A stretch of DNA of 64,000 bases. It comes from Candidatus Levyibacteriota bacterium. Its GTDB lineage: Bacteria > Patescibacteriota > Microgenomatia > Levybacterales > UBA12049. Shown in pieces: positions 1 to 9,567 of the stretch. The position numbers and the translations under genes are program-made. Each line of letters begins with the position of its first letter. The stretch's first letter is position 1. The notes under the pieces were generated by a model. The model was given only the letters and a program-made list of their open reading frames with translations, searched no databases and was not told the origin of the DNA. The stretch covers positions 6,899 to 70,898 of the forward strand of contig PLZJ01000003.1 of assembly GCA_003152105.1 (NCBI GenBank), in the 5' to 3' direction.

Positions 1-67
1 TTTAATCTCTAGATTTAAAATTGCCTATAGCTCTTTCGACAGATCTACACGTATTGCTATTCTAGCA

Positions 68-2497
68 ATGCTTCTGATAGTTATTGCTACTCCAATTGTT
101 ATTAAATCAGTCACTACCTCTTCTCAACACGCTTCGACAACTGCTTCAGTTTACTTTGGTGCAACTATTAAAGCATATCCAAATAACCCTTATTACCCAA
201 CTGCCTGCAAAGATGATCCGCCCTGGTCAACGCTAGATAATGATCCTTGTAATCCATGGTCACTTTTTAATCAAAATGCTGGAAAAAATGTATCTATGTT
301 ATCAATTGGCTTTCCTTGGTTTAACAGCAAAAGTTGGCCAACAAATAATTATTTCCCTTTTGATACGGTTCTTTTGGATACAATCAGAAATCAAGGAGTA
401 ATTCCATTTGTTAACTGGTATAGCGCGGACGGTGATGCAAATTCTACAAGCGGTGGGGGATTATTTGATACTAATCAACCAAATTTTTCTCTTTCAAAAA
501 TTATTCAGGGAAATATATATGGTGCAAATTGCGATACCGCTTCAAATCCTTCCTGTGTTACGTTTGATCAATATATTACCCAATTTGCTACTGCAGCAAA
601 AACATGGGCTCATCCATTTTTCCTTCGATTTGACTGGGAAATGAACGGAAATTGGACTGTTTATAACGAAAGTCAAAATGGGAACACTGCAGGACAATAT
701 GTTGCTGCATGGAGACACGTGCATGATATTTTTACAAAAGTGGGGGCAACAAATGTTACATGGGTGTGGTGTCCAAACGTTGAATCATCTTCTCAACAAT
801 ATGGTGATTATTATCCAGGAGATAATTACGTAGACTGGACTTGTTTTGATGGTTACAACACACCTTCTCAACAAGGAGGATCAATTCATAATTGTACAAG
901 TAGTTCATGTCAGTGGTTATCATTTGCTGATATATACAGCGGCAGCAAAGCAAACGGCAATTATAATAGCTATAAAGACATGCTTTCTCTTGCTCCATCA
1001 AAACCAATTATTATTGGTGAATTTGCATCTGATGAATATGGAGACGATGGAACAAAAAAAGCAAGTTGGATAACAGATACTTTCTTAACGCAACTCCCAT
1101 TAAATTATCCACAAATAAAAGGGTTTATTTGGTTTGACTGGTCAATTAATACAGGTTGTTACCCAATCGAAAGCACCCCAGGATGTACTGCAAATGGAAC
1201 AGCATCTAAAGCTCAGGCCGCTTTTGCAAACGCAATGGCATCATCATATTATCAAGGATCAGATGCATCAAATTCTTTTGGCGGTGCATTAACTGATCTA
1301 CAGCCAATTAAACCATTAATTGGCCCAAGTCCAACACCAACAACAATTCCTTCACCAACACCTATTCCAGTCATTAATCTTATACAAAACGGGTCATTTG
1401 AAGGAACAGCAAGTACATGGGATAATCCATGGGATTTCCAAGATAGAACCGGAGCAACAGCAACAATTTCACAGGATACAACAACTGCATCAAGCGGAAA
1501 TAGTTCAGCAAAAATCACAGTTACACAGGCAAATACTACTCCATGGTATGTTCAACTTCTTCAAGGTAATATTCCCGTTACAGCTGGTCAAACATATACG
1601 GTAACATTTTCTGCAAAAGCTGACTCTTCAAAAGCAATAAATGTCGTTGCACAAAATGCTTCAACATATAAAGAAACGACAAATCAAAATGTCACAGTAT
1701 CTACAAACTGGCAACCATATACAATAACCTTTACTCCTGTTAATACTGAAACAGATCTACTTGCATTTAATCTTGCAAATTCGACAGGCACTTTGTGGCT
1801 TGATAACGTATCTATTACCGCTTCTACTATTCCTTCTCAAACACCAAGTAATACGCCTACGCTCACTCCAACTTCAACCCCGTCTCCAACCCCTACGCCA
1901 ACCCCAACACCAACTCCAACACCACTTCCTACAGATACACCTACTCCGTTGCCAACTGATACTCCAACACCACTTCCTACAGATACACCTACTCCGTTGC
2001 CAACTGATACTCCAACGCCTACCCTAACTCCAACGCCAACTCCTGCGGTAAACATCTTGCAAAACTATGGATTTGACTTTAGTAACTATTCACCTTGGTA
2101 CACCGTTGTGCATTCAGGAGCAAATGGTAACACTGCGCAAGATAATTCAACATATGTCAGTTGGCCAAATTCTATACATGTAACTATTACTCAGGCAAAC
2201 AAAACAAATTGGCTTTATCAACTAGGACAAAATCATATCGTTTTAAACCCTAATCAAACGTATACCATTAGCTTTATGGCAAGAGCCTCCACAAATAGAT
2301 ATATAGCATTTGGGTTACAACAAAACTATTCACCATGGAAAGTATATTATGGGAAAACTTCATATCTAAAAACCTATTGGCAAAAATTCACTTACACATT
2401 TACACAAAGTGTATATGAACATAATGCCTGGTTATCGTTTGATCTATCCTCCAATACAGGTTCTGTCTGGATAGATAATGTAATACTTACTCAATAG
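68..2497 (+). CDS. Secreted GH26-like (clan GH-A) beta-mannanase-type glycoside hydrolase with two CBM-like beta-sandwich modules separated by Pro-Thr linkers
   Basis: N-terminal signal-like hydrophobic segment. [12 protein letters not shown] motif is typical of GH26. Two regions with LWLDNVSI / VWIDNVIL resemble CBM4/9-type modules. Long PT-rich linkers. Confidence 0.55.
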   Translation: MLLIVIATPIVIKSVTTSSQHASTTASVYFGATIKAYPNNPYYPTACKDDPPWSTLDNDPCNPWSLFNQNAGKNVSMLSIGFPWFNSKSWPTNNYFPFDTVLLDTIRNQGVIPFVNWYSADGDANSTSGGGLFDTNQPNFSLSKIIQGNIYGANCDTASNPSCVTFDQYITQFATAAKTWAHPFFLRFDWEMNGNWTVYNESQNGNTAGQYVAAWRHVHDIFTKVGATNVTWVWCPNVESSSQQYGDYYPGDNYVDWTCFDGYNTPSQQGGSIHNCTSSSCQWLSFADIYSGSKANGNYNSYKDMLSLAPSKPIIIGEFASDEYGDDGTKKASWITDTFLTQLPLNYPQIKGFIWFDWSINTGCYPIESTPGCTANGTASKAQAAFANAMASSYYQGSDASNSFGGALTDLQPIKPLIGPSPTPTTIPSPTPIPVINLIQNGSFEGTASTWDNPWDFQDRTGATATISQDTTTASSGNSSAKITVTQANTTPWYVQLLQGNIPVTAGQTYTVTFSAKADSSKAINVVAQNASTYKETTNQNVTVSTNWQPYTITFTPVNTETDLLAFNLANSTGTLWLDNVSITASTIPSQTPSNTPTLTPTSTPSPTPTPTPTPTPTPLPTDTPTPLPTDTPTPLPTDTPTPLPTDTPTPTLTPTPTPAVNILQNYGFDFSNYSPWYTVVHSGANGNTAQDNSTYVSWPNSIHVTITQANKTNWLYQLGQNHIVLNPNQTYTISFMARASTNRYIAFGLQQNYSPWKVYYGKTSYLKTYWQKFTYTFTQSVYEHNAWLSFDLSSNTGSVWIDNVILTQ
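1921..2016 (+). repeat. Tandem 48-nt repeat (x2) encoding PTPLPTDT linker units inside the GH26-like gene
   Basis: Read directly: ccacttcctacagatacacctactccgttgccaactgatactccaaca occurs twice in tandem. Confidence 0.8.
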
Positions 2498-2566
2498 TTA
2501 AAACATCCCCACAACTTACGTATACATAGTACGTCTATATTTTTCTTCATGGATTTTTTTGCCTAG

Positions 2567-2587
2567 ATGTAAATAGTTTATTTACAT
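2567..2587. terminator. AT-rich perfect palindrome (ATGTAAATA-gtt-TATTTACAT) between convergent genes; candidate bidirectional terminator
   Basis: 9-bp inverted arms with a 3-nt spacer, lying between the 3' ends of the 68..2497 (+) and 2663..6829 (-) genes. Confidence 0.3.
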
Positions 2588-2662
2588 TTACTACAAAAGG
2601 TGCATATCAAACTAATATAATGTATGAAAAGAAAGTATCTACTCGATTAATATTTATGATAC

Positions 2663-5600
2663 TTATTTTATTAAGATGTGAATTTTTACAATATTTATTG
2701 TCATTGCATTATCATTTGATCTACTCATTTGATACTTTCCAGATTTATCCGTATATGTAGCCCATATTGTCTCGGTTCCAAGTTGTGATGGGTTTGTGCT
2801 TGTGCTATCAATTGCAACAAAAGTACACAATATTGATGATCCATTTTTGCTATAGTAGTCATAAAATTCTCCTGTTAACTTACCTTTCTTGTTATAAAAA
2901 GCAATATTTCCTTTTTTTGGAAATGTGCCATCTATAAGCGTAGTGATAGATTTAAAGCAAATACCACTTTTTAAATTTGCAGATGTTGGTGGAACTGCAG
3001 GTATAGTTGTAGTAATTTGAGTACTTGTAAAAATCTTATGAACCGGTGGAGAAATGTGCCAATTTCTATCACACGTTGCTATCCCTCGATTAAATCCATT
3101 CTCAAAAGTTAATGAATTACCAAGTTCAGCTTTTAAAGGATCTGATGACGTGTCATTCCACGCATAGGCAAGAAGTGATACTGCTCCATTAGTACAAAAA
3201 CTTTGAGATTGCGTTGCAATATCTTGTGCACGTGGGTTAATATAATTTTGAGTTGGAATATAAAATGTTTGTGGTGTACCGATGATTGGTTGCATTTTTG
3301 CATCCCACCCGTTCCACTGTAACTCAGATAGTAAATATGACAGCAACGTACTCATTGACCAATCTATACGTGTTGCGTCACCGTTTATATTTCTATAGTT
3401 ACCAGCGTAAATATATAATGAAATATAATTACATGCGTCGGGAGAATAATTTACGATTGCTCTATCAAATTGGCCTCTAGATACCTGCGTTAATGTGGAA
3501 CCAGTATAATAGTCTAAGCTTGCACCATATGCACAAACGGTAGGTAGAAATTTTTGTGTGTGAGCATTATTTTGATCAACTAGATTCTGTACAAGTTCTA
3601 AAGCATCCTTAACATTTCCAACATAATCATCTTGAAGATAATACCCTGCAATTAAAGGATCATTATTTGTTTTATGCAAATAGCTAGTTGTATCGTGAGA
3701 AAGTAGTTGTAGGTCTGAGTTAGAAATCGAACAGTTTTGATCTCGAGTATGAAGCGCAGGTACGAGTGGACAGGATTTATTTAAATATTTGTTAATTAAT
3801 ATAAGTAACGAATTATCCAAATAGGTAATGTGATTTGCTTTATATAATGCATACAACGGAGAATTTTTCGCAATATGTGAACTAACCGTATAAGTTATAC
3901 CAAGCGATGAAGCTTCCTCTAAAGCAGCTTCATTTGAGGCAATTGCATTTTTATTTACATTTGTAATATCATATGCGCCAAACTTATTTTGTAACGACAA
4001 AGATGAGCGATCTGTTGAAGGTAAAGATTTAATAATTACCGCAAAATAATCAACTGGTAAAGTAAGGTTTATTGAACCACTTCCTATTTGTGAAGAAACA
4101 TATGCGCCAAAAGTATTATAAATATATGCCGTAAGCGTGGAGTTATCATTATATGTATAAATGCCTGATTTTTGGGTTAATATCTTATCAGTTCCGATTA
4201 TATAATCTTGATGCAACTCAAGTGGAGTAATTGGATATATTTTGGTAAGAATATTGTTAGTTGTGGAAAATGGAACTGCCGAAGCATAATACAATACACC
4301 GTAATGAAGATAATTTCGAAGTATTTGCGCATGTGTTTGATCTGCATCTTTTGCATTATCAATATACGGTTTTGAGAATCCATTTACCGAATAGCTATCA
4401 ATTTTTTCGTAAGCAATTGGCGAAAACAATTGCGCTTGCGGGGCAACTTTTCCTTGTAAATCATAATTTAAATCTTCGGCGAATCTAGGAATATGCATAT
4501 CTGGCAAATACTCTTCGTTTAATTCCGGTACGTAATTGGCAATAGCTGACTTACTACTTTGCTGGGTAACAAAATCAACTAAATCTTTTTGTGCTAAAGG
4601 ATAATGAAGTGATAAATCTTCTTTTTCGTTTACAATTTGAAATGTTACTGGATTAATGTCAGCAGTATTTAAATCTTGATTTGTGGATTTCGAAGTACTA
4701 CTACCATAATTATATGCTTTAACATACCATGGATGAGGAAAACTTGGATCATTAGTTGGATCAATACCACTGACTAGATTATTACCGAGGGTATTCGCAT
4801 AGCCTTCAAAATCATCAAAGTATATACCATCAATTCCATAATTTTGTAACATGGTTGTTAATACCTGCTTAAGATGTGACGTATAAGATAAATTCGGATC
4901 ATTTAAAAATAAATTAAATGCAAATGGTTTATAAAATTGATATGAAGTACAGTTTGGATAATTAGTATCTATAGATTTAGAAACACGTTGACACACTAAA
5001 TTATCCGTTGAAGGAGATTGTGGTTGGCTTAAGGGATAGGCATAATTTGCCGAACACATGTTGCTATTTTTTAAGGCCGATATTTCACTATTTGCTTGTG
5101 ATATCGAAACCCTTGTATCTGCCAATCCACAACTATAGGTATATGATTTACTCGTCGTAGAAGCACCTAATACAGAACTGTCAGGAAGAGTAGTAGTTTG
5201 ATCATATACCGGAGTAGGAATAGTATGAGGCGGCAAAAATACCTTATTATTAATTACAACTGTTGGAGTAGGCAAAGCAGAGGGCGTTGGCGAAACTGTT
5301 GCAAGAGGTGAAGATAGGCTTGGTGTAGTATTTATTAATGCATCACTGTATGTATTTCCATATGATCCGTCTGGATTATCATCAGAACCAACATTATGTT
5401 CAAAGTAAACGAGCACTTTTACTTTTTTCTTTGTCAGTACCGAAGCACGTTTTATTTGTTTAATAACAGGAATTAATACGTTGTTAATTTGAGAAGTATT
5501 GATAGTAGCTGAGTTTCCAAACGTATACTTTAGATACGTAAGTCCTGGAATTGGATTATCATTTAAATCATATGCTTGCTGAGTAGATGATAAAGACTGA

Positions 5601-6829
5601 GCTAAAATTATATATTTTGCTCCCGTACTATCTAAATAACTTACTAATTTAGGAGTATTGTAAAAATCACTGTATGGCATACTAATTAAATGACTTTGCG
5701 ATGGATCGGAATTGACACTAAACGTATCAAAGACACCACTTCCACCACTTGGTTGACTTGTTTGCGATATGTTGCCAACAAGCGTTGTACCATCTACAGC
5801 AAAATTTGTGTTTAAATCGTTTCTCAAACTATTAATAAAACTAAAATAATCAGTGCCAAGCGTTGGATAGATATACCAAACTTTTGTATAAGATTGACCT
5901 GATTTAATCATAAATTTATCATCTATAAGTCCCCCTTGATTTATGTTTTGTTCATACATTTCCTTTGTATGAACCCTTGATACGTCATCTCCGTTGTATA
6001 GACCTATGCCATTGACATTGTCGCTATAGAAAAAAGTGTCATTGCTACTTGCGGTGTTTATAAAGGTAGTATTTGATACACAGTACTGATGTTGTGGTAC
6101 ACCATTTATGGTAACATCGTTTTGGACAAGCGTAACTGCCGGACTAATAGCTTTTATTGCAGTTAATAAATTGTTAGCAGTATATGTGCCTACACTATAA
6201 CACGGATGCAAATCACCATTTGGGTTACTAAGTGAAACGCCGCCTACAAAGATGTTATTTAGATTCCCATTTTGCGAAGTAGTAATATAGTTTTTATTCA
6301 TGATCCCAACATCGCTGTTGCCTATATTCGTATACGTATCAGTAACCATTATTCGGCTGCTGCTGACTTTTTGAACTACTCTTACCAATTTATAATTCTG
6401 GTCAGCAGAAGTTATCGTATATTTTTGATTTAGTATGTTTGCGATTGTGCTCGTATTTGCCCATAATGGCTCAGAACTTGCTGAAACAGGAAAGGTGTTC
6501 CAATTACCGCTTTTTTGATTAGGATAGGAAAAATATGATGTTAACGCAAATGTGCTATTATTCTGCGATCCATTAACTAAAACTGAAATTTGTCCGTTAG
6601 TAACCTGTAAAGTAAAAGGTACTGACCAGGTGGTTTTTGGACCAATTACTTGACCAGATGCATTTTGGAAAAACGTTTGATACATCAAAACTCCCGAAGG
6701 AGTACCAAGAAGAAGCAGAATGAAAGATATTATAGCGATCTTTAAAAATGTTGATAAACTATTGAACTGGTGTGTAATCCTTATAACTATATTTTTACGT
6801 TTAAGATTTTGCATCAATATTTTAGCCAT
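2663..6829 (-). CDS. Giant secreted multidomain protein (1388 aa). Central GIDGIYFDDFEG glycoside-hydrolase-like module, PT linkers, and a C-terminal domain paralogous to the 14329..16275 protein
   Basis: N-terminal TM/signal segment. C-terminal ~330 aa (GAYDITNV...YLQDD...IDWSMS...PQTFYIP) aligns by eye to residues ~95-420 of the 648-aa protein. Confidence 0.55.
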   Translation of the reverse strand: MAKILMQNLKRKNIVIRITHQFNSLSTFLKIAIISFILLLLGTPSGVLMYQTFFQNASGQVIGPKTTWSVPFTLQVTNGQISVLVNGSQNNSTFALTSYFSYPNQKSGNWNTFPVSASSEPLWANTSTIANILNQKYTITSADQNYKLVRVVQKVSSSRIMVTDTYTNIGNSDVGIMNKNYITTSQNGNLNNIFVGGVSLSNPNGDLHPCYSVGTYTANNLLTAIKAISPAVTLVQNDVTINGVPQHQYCVSNTTFINTASSNDTFFYSDNVNGIGLYNGDDVSRVHTKEMYEQNINQGGLIDDKFMIKSGQSYTKVWYIYPTLGTDYFSFINSLRNDLNTNFAVDGTTLVGNISQTSQPSGGSGVFDTFSVNSDPSQSHLISMPYSDFYNTPKLVSYLDSTGAKYIILAQSLSSTQQAYDLNDNPIPGLTYLKYTFGNSATINTSQINNVLIPVIKQIKRASVLTKKKVKVLVYFEHNVGSDDNPDGSYGNTYSDALINTTPSLSSPLATVSPTPSALPTPTVVINNKVFLPPHTIPTPVYDQTTTLPDSSVLGASTTSKSYTYSCGLADTRVSISQANSEISALKNSNMCSANYAYPLSQPQSPSTDNLVCQRVSKSIDTNYPNCTSYQFYKPFAFNLFLNDPNLSYTSHLKQVLTTMLQNYGIDGIYFDDFEGYANTLGNNLVSGIDPTNDPSFPHPWYVKAYNYGSSTSKSTNQDLNTADINPVTFQIVNEKEDLSLHYPLAQKDLVDFVTQQSSKSAIANYVPELNEEYLPDMHIPRFAEDLNYDLQGKVAPQAQLFSPIAYEKIDSYSVNGFSKPYIDNAKDADQTHAQILRNYLHYGVLYYASAVPFSTTNNILTKIYPITPLELHQDYIIGTDKILTQKSGIYTYNDNSTLTAYIYNTFGAYVSSQIGSGSINLTLPVDYFAVIIKSLPSTDRSSLSLQNKFGAYDITNVNKNAIASNEAALEEASSLGITYTVSSHIAKNSPLYALYKANHITYLDNSLLILINKYLNKSCPLVPALHTRDQNCSISNSDLQLLSHDTTSYLHKTNNDPLIAGYYLQDDYVGNVKDALELVQNLVDQNNAHTQKFLPTVCAYGASLDYYTGSTLTQVSRGQFDRAIVNYSPDACNYISLYIYAGNYRNINGDATRIDWSMSTLLSYLLSELQWNGWDAKMQPIIGTPQTFYIPTQNYINPRAQDIATQSQSFCTNGAVSLLAYAWNDTSSDPLKAELGNSLTFENGFNRGIATCDRNWHISPPVHKIFTSTQITTTIPAVPPTSANLKSGICFKSITTLIDGTFPKKGNIAFYNKKGKLTGEFYDYYSKNGSSILCTFVAIDSTSTNPSQLGTETIWATYTDKSGKYQMSRSNDNAMTINIVKIHILIK

Positions 6830-6919
6830 ACATAAATTATTATAGATAACTTAATTATGATCAATTTTTAAAGCAGAGTCAAACAAAAGATTTTTACGTT
6901 TAACTAAAATATTGAGTAC

Positions 6920-6948
6920 TTGACTTGTCAGTACATTATCAGTACAAT
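6920..6948 (+). promoter_or_regulatory. Sigma70-like promoter (TTGACT-17-TACAAT) with two CAGTACA direct repeats 11 bp apart; candidate autoregulatory operator of the TA module
   Basis: Read directly upstream of ATG 6955. The -10 box is only 6 nt from the start codon. Confidence 0.45.
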
Positions 6949-6954
6949 ATTACT

Positions 6955-7197
6955 ATGTTAATTCAAAAGATATACAGAAACGGCAATTCTCTCGCAGTTA
7001 CAATTCCTAAACAATACTTGGAAGATCTCTCCTTAATAGAGGGTTCACAAGTTGTCGTTGAAAAGAAAGGTAATGGCATTCTTCTCACAACTAAAAAACA
7101 AACATTAGCACCTGATGTTGATGGTAAGTTCATGAAAATGGTTGATAGCTTCATCGATAAACATGAGGATGTACTTCAAAAACTCGCAAATAAGTGA
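6955..7197 (+). CDS. AbrB/MazE (SpoVT-AbrB fold) family antitoxin
   Basis: MLIQKIYRNGNSLAVTIPKQYLEDL matches the swapped-hairpin N-terminus of AbrB/MazE antitoxins. The ORF-track TTG start at 6925 was replaced by ATG 6955. Confidence 0.7.
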   Translation: MLIQKIYRNGNSLAVTIPKQYLEDLSLIEGSQVVVEKKGNGILLTTKKQTLAPDVDGKFMKMVDSFIDKHEDVLQKLANK

Positions 7198-7592
7198 ATA
7201 AAAAACACCATTATATAACCCCCAGTCAAGTGCTTGCAATTCATGATCAAGTGATAGAAAGATTTGGAGGATCAACAGGTCTTCGAGATTTAAGCCTACT
7301 TATATCTTCTGTACTTAGACCTCAAGCTAGTTTCGACGGTAATGATTTATATCCAACTCTATTTGAAAAAGCCGCGGCGTTGCTTCAATCACTTCTTAAA
7401 AATCACCCGTTTGTTGATGGAAATAAAAGAACATCGTTAACTTCGACTGGTATTTTTCTACAACTTAATGGATGGGAAATTGAAAATAGTCATGGTGAGG
7501 AAGTAGATTTTGCTATTAGAGTAGATAATGAGAACTTAACTTTGGAGCAAATTTGTTTGTGGTTAAAACAGCATTCTAAAGAACAAAATTAA
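7194..7592 (+). CDS. doc: Doc (death-on-curing) Fic-family toxin
   Basis: Fic/Doc motif HPFVDGNKRTS. The GTG start overlaps the antitoxin stop (GTGA), indicating translational coupling. Confidence 0.8.
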   Translation: MNKKHHYITPSQVLAIHDQVIERFGGSTGLRDLSLLISSVLRPQASFDGNDLYPTLFEKAAALLQSLLKNHPFVDGNKRTSLTSTGIFLQLNGWEIENSHGEEVDFAIRVDNENLTLEQICLWLKQHSKEQN

Positions 7593-7616
7593 TTTATCCT
7601 TAAGCATAGGACTTTG

Positions 7617-7690
7617 TGGACGATTAGGGATTCGGACCCCAGACCTCTTCAGTGTAAATGAAGCGCTCTAACCAGCTGAGCTAATCGTCC
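7617..7690 (-). tRNA. tRNA-Val (anticodon TAC)
   Basis: Reverse complement folds as a cloverleaf: GGACGAT acceptor, GCTCAGCTGGTTAGAGC D-arm, anticodon loop TTTACAC, T-loop GGTCCGAATCC. Confidence 0.85.
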
Positions 7691-7818
7691 AATTCACTCT
7701 CCGTGAGTTTTCATATTATACAAAAATAATTACCTTAGTCACAAGATGTTGAATAAATCACTATCTTGCCACGAAGTAAGCACTTAAAATCTTTGTATTG
7801 TAGTGCTATAATGCTGGC

Positions 7819-8262
7819 ATGAAACTTTTTATATATTCATTATTTACCTTCATGCTTTTTTCGATTTTTGGAGCTTCTGCACATTCTTCATTTGCACAAG
7901 CTACTCCCGTCGAATTTAATTCATTTACGACAAAAGATACGGCAACATATGTTGCATCAACCTTAAATACACAATGCTCAAAACGATTATTAACAGATAT
8001 TTTAAAAAAATATATTGTTACAGATACGATTTATCAAGATACGCTTCATAAGGAAATATACTTCAACGTATTACATCTTAAAGGAAATAGGCAAGATCAA
8101 GTATATGGGTATAAATTTGGGGATGGAAAGCCAAAAGGAATAAGAAATACGCTTTGTGTAGAAATTGCAGCATCAGATTCGTATATGCGTTTGAATTTTG
8201 ATGCAAATAAAATAGTAAAAATATATTTATTTACGAGCAGTACGTTTCCTTTTGGAACATAA
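7819..8262 (+). CDS. Small secreted hypothetical protein
   Basis: N-terminal signal peptide (MKLFIYSLFTFMLFSIFGASAHS). Low GC like the host. Confidence 0.45.
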   Translation: MKLFIYSLFTFMLFSIFGASAHSSFAQATPVEFNSFTTKDTATYVASTLNTQCSKRLLTDILKKYIVTDTIYQDTLHKEIYFNVLHLKGNRQDQVYGYKFGDGKPKGIRNTLCVEIAASDSYMRLNFDANKIVKIYLFTSSTFPFGT

Positions 8263-8289
8263 TAACTCAAATATTTTAGTCCTGTAGTA

Positions 8290-8317
8290 TTGACATACCC
8301 TCTTTTTCTGTTATAAT
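8290..8317 (+). promoter_or_regulatory. Near-consensus sigma70 promoter (TTGACA-16-TATAAT) ahead of the GC-rich cassette; ~190-nt leader follows
   Basis: Read directly. Confidence 0.5.
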
Positions 8318-8543
8318 TTCACCTAACGAATGTGTTAAAGCTAAACATTTGCTGTTTAACGTAAGATACGTTCGAAAAAGCACTTTTACAAGAAAGGAAA
8401 TAACCAACAATCCTTCTAGCGAATAGTTTTTTAGCCTTGGCGAAAGCGTAAAGCGTCTCAGAATTGTGAAATTTAAATGACAATATCACGTCCTGGAGCA
8501 TTTTGCGCTTTTGTTAAAGCACCTATTCTACTATGGAGGCAGT

Positions 8544-8984
8544 ATGACCCCTTTTCGAGTCGTTCGTTCGTCGTATAGAATGACCGTTTCGTACGAAGAT
8601 GGCCCCGGTTCACTTACAAATCCTGAGCAAGTACTCAGCGCAAAACACGTCGTTTTGACTGGTCAATGCAAAGATCCGAGTCTTTTGACGGCTGAAGCAC
8701 TTAGCTTCCATATCAGTCGTTTTCCTACATGTGATTACGAAGATTTTGGACCGGCAGTTGGAGATCATGATTATTCATACGAACTCCAAAAGAAAGAGGG
8801 AGACAAGTGGGTGTATGTCACTTTTTTGAATCCTTATGGTCGTAAGATCACATGTGAACATCAGAGTGAATACGATGAAGACCCAGAACTGTGGCCAGAG
8901 GAAGAAGACGAAGACGAAGAACCAAGGCTACCTCCCGCAACTGTTTTTAAACGATTTTCGACACACTTCAATCAAAGGAGATAA
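8544..8984 (+). CDS. Hypothetical protein with acidic C-terminus, in the GC-rich cassette
   Basis: ORF with strong RBS (GGAGG-4nt-ATG at 8544; the ORF-track start is 8511). GC is markedly higher than surrounding DNA. No recognisable motif. Confidence 0.45.
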   Translation: MTPFRVVRSSYRMTVSYEDGPGSLTNPEQVLSAKHVVLTGQCKDPSLLTAEALSFHISRFPTCDYEDFGPAVGDHDYSYELQKKEGDKWVYVTFLNPYGRKITCEHQSEYDEDPELWPEEEDEDEEPRLPPATVFKRFSTHFNQRR

Positions 8985-8986
8985 CA

Positions 8987-9421
8987 ATGATTGATACTAA
9001 AAATCCGTTCACCAATCTTGACGAAGTCAGAACCGCACGTGAGTACTGTATCACAATCAGAGATCACGCCGACGCGTTCATCGCTCACAGGCACTTTGAT
9101 CGGTACAGAAACGGGACAATTCCGAGCATTTCAACTCGTCAGTTCAAACTCGTTGAATCGACGTGCATCGAAGCAGAAGATATTCCAGCTCACCCAACAC
9201 TTCCTTACGAGGACGTGCCGGAACTATTCCTTCAACCTACATTTATGTGTGTTGTTTACAGCTCACATAAAGTCGCACACTTTCCGGACAAAGACGTGCA
9301 TCTGAGGATGATTCACCTTTGTGCAGAATGGGAGCAAGAGTATCACCTCTATATCGTCGACGATCAGGTCGTTATGACGCTTTTGAGTCGCAATCAAGGA
9401 CGGTTAAATCCCATTAGCTAG
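8987..9421 (+). CDS. Hypothetical protein, in the GC-rich cassette
   Basis: AGGAG RBS 8 nt upstream. Starts 3 nt after the previous stop. GC-rich. No recognisable motif. Confidence 0.45.
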   Translation: MIDTKNPFTNLDEVRTAREYCITIRDHADAFIAHRHFDRYRNGTIPSISTRQFKLVESTCIEAEDIPAHPTLPYEDVPELFLQPTFMCVVYSSHKVAHFPDKDVHLRMIHLCAEWEQEYHLYIVDDQVVMTLLSRNQGRLNPIS

Positions 9422-9513
9422 AGTCGGAATCGACGCGTTGGTTTAGGGTAATAAGCAGAAGGAAATTCATGTAGCTACTTTGTTACATACAACCCCTTCT
9501 CACCCTTCCTTTC

Positions 9514-9567
9514 TTTCCGTCTACTGCTATAAGCAGTACTGATGAGTCCTTTTAGGACGAAACGAGA
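9514..9567 (+). ncRNA. Type III hammerhead self-cleaving ribozyme
   Basis: Read directly: stem III 5' strand ..ccGUC, with cleavage expected after C9521; stem I hairpin UACUGC-UAUAA-GCAGUA; core CUGAUGA; stem II GUCC-UUUUA-GGAC; GAAAC with A15.1 pairing to U16.1. All invariant core nucleotides are present in canonical order. Confidence 0.7.

Noticed and set aside
1860-2040. Possible CRISPR array or other interspaced repeats
   Set aside because: The only regular repeats in the window are in-frame coding tandem repeats (PT linkers, the 21-bp VWA duplication). There are no repeat-spacer arrays.
1837-2055. Minus-strand ORF encoding a GVGVGV... repeat protein
   Set aside because: It is the antisense of the PT-linker tandem repeat inside the GH26-like gene. 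Its low-complexity translation is an artefact.
6925-6954. ORF-track TTG start for the antitoxin, and TTG 9853 for the HTH gene
   Set aside because: Both TTG codons lie inside -35/-10 promoter elements. Downstream ATGs give N-termini that match family conventions.
8991-9305. 104-aa alternative-frame ORF inside the 8987-9421 gene
   Set aside because: Same strand and a different frame from the longer ORF with a strong RBS. GC-rich DNA yields long spurious frames.
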